DNA from: Asterias rubens
Taxonomy: Eukaryota
Assembly: GCF_902459465.1 (NCBI RefSeq)
Contig: NC_047064.1
Span: 16,120,001 to 16,184,000, forward strand
Length of the DNA stretch: 64,000 bases
Direction of reading: 5' to 3'
Position numbers and translations under genes: made by a program. Position 1 is the stretch's first letter. Each line of letters starts with the position of its first letter. The notes under the pieces are model-generated. The model was not told where the DNA came from. It worked only from the letters and a program-made list of their open reading frames with translations, and made no database searches. This document shows, one piece after another, positions 59,651-64,000 of the stretch.

Positions 59651-60180
59651 ATGGGAATCAATGTGTGGTGAAGAGGGATTCAACTAGTGGTTCAATCCCA
59701 ACGAGGCCTGGTTCTTGATAATTTTACCGAGACGAAGTCAAGGTAAATTATCAAGAACCAGGCCTTAGCGGGTTCAAACCACTAGTTGAAAATCGATTCA
59801 ACACACTTTGATTCCCATTCATAAATACCTTTTCGGTCAAAAAAACATCAACACTTTTGGGTCAAAAAGTAAAATAAATGCAAAAAATATAATTGTTCAA
59901 TGATTTCTATCAACACAACACCCCTCCAGCTATGAAATGGTAAGGACGCAGGTAAACAACTCCTTATAAGGAGAATGCTGTGTGCATAGTGTGATTGTGG
60001 CACAACGGTTCCAGCCGTTGCTCTCGACCAATAGGAATGAAGAAACTGTCTTATCAGCACAGGTGCAAGCTTGCGTGTCACGCCCATGTTTCAATACTTT
60101 TTACTCGTGTTATATCATCCGCTCAAACACCCCCACGTGATGCCCTCTCGACTAATCAGAATGGATAAACTCATTATGAA
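59651..60180. mobile_element. Palindrome-headed repeat family H, copy 2 (168-bp imperfect palindrome at 59651-59818)
   Basis: Arms ggcctggttcttgataatt/aattatcaagaaccaggcc, ttcaactagtggtt/aaccactagttgaa, atgggaatca/tgattcccat. Confidence 0.8.
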
Positions 60181-61681
60181 CTATAATTCAAAGCAGTTTT
60201 GAAATTTGTAAGATACAATTTTTTTTTTTACTTTTTTTTTAAATGGGCCAACAATACCCCGTTTTATTTAAATTTAAAAATACAACAATGTAGGTTACTC
60301 AAAATATTTAGTAATATTTTGTGCTTGTAAAAAAAACTTGTGTAAACATTTAAGGACCTTTACTACATCGTTTAGTAATAATACGGGTTGAAACATGTTT
60401 TAAATAGGGGAAAGATTAATTTTTAAGAATTACTTTTTTAATTCTGAAAAAAATAAAAAATAAATGTAATTCCTTTTTTTCAAAAAGAATAGATTTAAAA
60501 AGTATTGTATGAAAACCTTATTGTTATTAATCAAATTGTGTTTTCCCTTTGTATAAAGTTAAGTAGAGGACTCGTATCACTGTAGCATTTGTAGCTCTTG
60601 ATTTTACACTTATATTTTAAATAATTCTTTAACTATCTGCTTGTATGTTGCTGCTGTTAGAAGTTTACAAACAGTATTACTTTTACGGGAAGAAACAAAG
60701 CAAACTTTTGTTTTGCTTGACTAGAACTTGCCCAGGTTTGTGCTTGTTATGTATTAAAAAAAACACTTGTAACACAATTACAAATTTGGCGGGGAAAACA
60801 AAATCATAATATACATTTGATGACAATTTAAAAATATTTCTTTGAGCCCAAGTCATTCGGCTATTGCATATTTACAACCATACACTTCTACTGACATATG
60901 CAGGCAGTGTTTTATATTAAAGTAAAGTACAGTAAACACTTTTGAAGGATGACATTTCATGGGTTCGTCATAAGTAGTGGTACAAGTTTTACAATATGGG
61001 GACAGACTTGGGGTATAGTGACTGATTGTCATAAACCCTGTATCCACACAAACTTGCTAAGCGCAAATAAATCTTGCTTAGCCGAAACAGATTACCTGCC
61101 GAAATTTCACATAGAGTTAACATTGGTGTCAATGGTTCTTAAATAATTTTCGTTTTGTCTAGCAAAGAAATTTGCTAAGCACTATTTTCTGCTTAACAGC
61201 TTTATAAAGTTGGGCTGTGTACACGGAGACTTGGCTACAGCTCTGGCTCCATCAGCCATCTTGAAAATAAGTGAATTTTACACAAGATTTCATATTGGAT
61301 GAATCAGCAGCTGTAGCAATAGCCATAGCCATAGCCATGGGAAAAAACACCTGTGTCCAACCGACAGCACCATTCCTTTGGGCAAGAAACCACCCCAACT
61401 CGATTTATGTATTATATAAATAGTGTACTTATAAATTAATTTGTAACGTTATAAATTTGTGAGCTGTAAGACTAACCACCATGCATCTGTGTGTATCACT
61501 TGATAAAGATGTGGAAGCTACGAAGCGAGTGTCTTACTGAGTGTATTCTTGTTGGTCTAAAAAATAATGTGAAAACGTAAGCCCATGTTTCTTTGTACGA
61601 TGGTTAACACCTAGATGATTATGAATTGCACAAATCAAGAAAATGTCACAGGTGACATGGCATATGGTTTTTGTATTTATG

Positions 61682-61819
61682 TCACCTTTCAGGGTAGTTT
61701 GGGGATGGGTATTTACCCTCTGACCTTCGACCTGGTTGTTCACATCCCATGATGAGGTCATGGCTTAGGAAACTGCCCTGCTTGGAGTCGACCAGTTTAC
61801 TGCACTTCCAATGAGGTGG
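61682..61819 (-). CDS. SAC3D1: SAC3D1-like terminal exon (PPHWKCSKLVDSK...LIMG...YPER*)
   Basis: Poly-T tract plus aaacag acceptor, phase 0, TGA stop; resembles the recalled SAC3D1 C-terminus (PPxxxCxxLVxSK). Confidence 0.82.
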   Translation of the reverse strand, partial: PPHWKCSKLVDSKQGSFLSHDLIMGCEQPGRRSEGKYPSPNYPER

Positions 61820-62010
61820 CTGTTTATTGACAGTGGACAAAAAAAAAAAATGTCAAATTTATTTAGGGTGTCATGGCTAAACGATTGGGAGCATCAAATT
61901 CAAGTTGTGGTGGTTAAGTCATCAGAGTGGGGGGGTCTGATCCCAGAAGCAGGCATGCAACAACATCAACCCATTATGACCAACGAGCACAGCCAAAGAT
62001 CGAGGGTGTT

Positions 62011-62174
62011 TGATTTTTCCCGAGGGAGGAAAACCGGATGGTCTGGAAAACCCTCTTGGCACAGCAGAGAACCAACGCACAACTCAACTCACATAATATG
62101 GCCCTGGCCGAGTATCGAACCGGGGTCACCTTGGTGAGAGGCGAGTGCTTAACGCACGAGCCAACCATGCCACC
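62011..62174 (-). mobile_element. tRNA-derived SINE with V-SINE-like core, in a SAC3D1 intron
   Basis: A-box-like tggctcgtgcg, B box ggttcgatac, then the core gtgagttgagttgtgcgttggttctc...ccggttttcctccc. Confidence 0.7.
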
Positions 62175-62312
62175 ATGCCTAACCGTGCAGAGTTGAACAA
62201 AAACAAAAGTGATGTACCATTCACTTAGGATAAATTTTCTTTTAAACTTGAGGATTGGAACGACTTTACTCTTCTCCAAACCCAACAGTGCACCCGTCAA
62301 GTTGCCACTTAC

Positions 62313-62502
62313 TATAGCTTCTGCTGCAACAGGAGTACTCTTGTGGAAGGCCACGCCTCTGTCATTGACTTCGAGCCCACATAATTCGAGGTACTCTATG
62401 GTGTCATTATCAGAGTCAAACACCAACCATTTGGACAAGACTCTCACTGGAAAGCGCAGATTCTTACTGCTGTAGGCCGTGTTCAGGATTTGAAGAGCTT
62501 GC
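62313..62502 (-). CDS. SAC3D1: SAC3D1-like penultimate exon (QALQILNTAYSSKNLRFPV...LVFDS...CGL...VAF)
   Basis: ttctag acceptor, ATA|gtaagt donor; winged-helix part of the SAC3/GANP domain; phases match both neighbouring exons. Confidence 0.88.
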
Positions 62503-62609
62503 CTAGAATTAGAAAGGCCGAATATCATAGTGTGAGAGTTCTGAGAATTCTTGTTTGTTTTTCTACGGTAATGTTGGTCTTCCATGATTTCCTTGGGATT
62601 TTTTTTATA

Positions 62610-62904
62610 TATTTTGTTGATGCAAGTCTCCAGACACACAAGGCCTAAGGTGTGGGCTACAATTATTTTATTCCAGAGGCCGTAACCACCTACTCCTAGG
62701 GCTGAAACAGGGTTACCCCTTTTACAGTCCACACCAATGTAGGCTTGGGTATCATCAATCCGAAGTCTGGCCGGTAGAGCAGAAAGCACTACCTCCCCAA
62801 TTTTGCGAAGCAAGTGCCACAACCGGGATTTGAACCCTCACTCTGCTGATGAAACACCAGAGCTTAAATCCGATGCTCTTAAAACTGCTCAGCCATGACA
62901 CGCC
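62610..62904 (-). mobile_element. tRNA-derived SINE with A-rich tail, in a SAC3D1 intron
   Basis: Head ggcgtgtcatggctgagcag...gggttcaaatccc (A and B boxes), body, A-rich end. Confidence 0.7.
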
Positions 62905-63251
62905 ACAATATTACAGTTATTTAGTCGTCAGAAGTATTGCTTATTGTCATGCAATATTTTTGTCGCATATTATTTTTAAGTGTTCAGGACTTGAACAGTT
63001 GAGGGGTTATCCGTGATAAAACTAAGGCTTAATTTCTCTGGATCAAAGCCCAATTTCATAGATCTGCTTAATGGCAGATTTTGTGCTTGCTTCTGTAAAT
63101 TTTATATCTCAGCGAACTGTAAGCACACAAAAAGCCATGCTAACCTTCCGGTGCTTACTGTATGAGTATGAATGACTTTGTAAATCCATGGTAAACATGC
63201 AAGCTGGTCGCCTAATTTTCTTGCTTACCTGTGAAGTACATTTACAGTTAA

Positions 63252-63625
63252 AGGCAGTGGACACTATTGGTAATTACTCAAAATAATTATCAGCATAAAA
63301 ACCTCACTTGGTAATTGGGGGAGGTTTTATAGTATAAAACATTGTGAGAAACGGCTCCCTCTGAAGTGACATAGTTTTCGAGAAAAAAAGTCATTTTCCA
63401 TGAATTTGATTTCGAGACCTCAAGTTTAGAATTTGAGGTCTCGAAATCAAGCATCTAAACGCACACAGCTTCGTGTGACAAGGGTGTTTTTTCTTTCATA
63501 GTTATCTCGCAACTCCGACGACCAATTGAGCTCAAATTTTCACAGGTTTGTGTTTTTATGCATATGTTGATACACACCAAGTGAGATGACTGGTCTTTGA
63601 CAATTACCCATAGTGTCCACTGTCT
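63252..63625 (+). mobile_element. MITE family A full copy nested in a ggcccaatttcat-type MITE (63048-63696) inside a SAC3D1 intron
   Basis: TTAA on both sides; host ends gcccaatttcat / atgaaattgaccc. Confidence 0.82.
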
Positions 63626-63801
63626 TTAAGCAAATGTTTTTGCTTTAGTTAGCTCAAAAATTTGCTTATCGTTAAACAGCCGCATGAAATTGACCCTTGG
63701 TGTCCACATTTATAATGTCAGTAATCACAGTGATTCAGAAATTAGGACATTTGTTTGTTTGATGAGATTACACTTGGGGGTTTAGTGTCCTGACTCCTTA
63801 C

Positions 63802-63942
63802 CATCTAGCCAGCCTGAGATGACGATGAAGGGCGCAGCTTTGTATGTAATCACATTGGGAGCCTAGTCTCCAGACTCGTATGAAGTTACCTTGAAGGTGT
63901 GCACTGTGGATACGGAGGGCAAGCCGGACGCTGGGGCACTGC
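63802..63942 (-). CDS. SAC3D1: SAC3 domain-containing protein 1-like, internal exon (QCPSVRLALRIHSAHLQGNFIRVWRL...CALHRHLRLAR)
   Basis: Minus-strand gaatag acceptor and TG|gtaagg donor; the GNxxRxxRL...YxxxC PCI-fold pattern of the SAC3/GANP family. Confidence 0.85.
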
Positions 63943-64000
63943 CTATTCAAAAACACAACAAACAATCAAATAAAATGAAATAAAACATTGCAAAAATTGA

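Noticed and set aside
61974-62822. 282-aa minus-strand ORF as a single gene
   Set aside because: It is a chimera of SINE sequence, intron and one real SAC3D1-like exon (62313-62502) bounded by clear splice sites.

Overview
AT-rich eukaryotic (animal) genomic DNA. It is probably an invertebrate deuterostome such as a sea star; this is inferred from the gene and repeat style and was not verified. Nearly the whole window (256-57982, + strand) is one intron-rich gene for a secreted thioester-containing protein of the C3/alpha-2-macroglobulin family, recognisably CPAMD8. I reconstructed 40 coding exons by hand (plus one optional exon). All have GT-AG borders and matching phases, giving about 2090 aa: signal peptide, MG domains, RRRKR beta/alpha site, FFPETW, a farnesoic-acid-O-methyltransferase-like insert, an intact GCGEQ thioester, the receptor-binding (MG8) domain, a Kazal domain and a ~355-aa acidic tail. 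The last three exons of a convergent SAC3D1-like gene lie on the - strand (61682-63942). Introns are packed with non-autonomous TTAA-target (Kolobok-type) MITEs, Harbinger-like MITEs, tRNA-derived SINEs, 5'-truncated L2-type LINE ends and small tandem duplications. Most interesting leads: (1) an extra RRRKR site in the MG8 loop at the position of the complement C4 alpha/gamma junction, suggesting a three-chain CPAMD8; (2) the long acidic, possibly alternatively spliced tail; (3) TTAA MITEs sitting on probable branch points and forming inverted pairs around exons; (4) a palindromic, apparently circularly permuted repeat. The gene models have no transcript support here, and repeat family names come from terminal signatures only.
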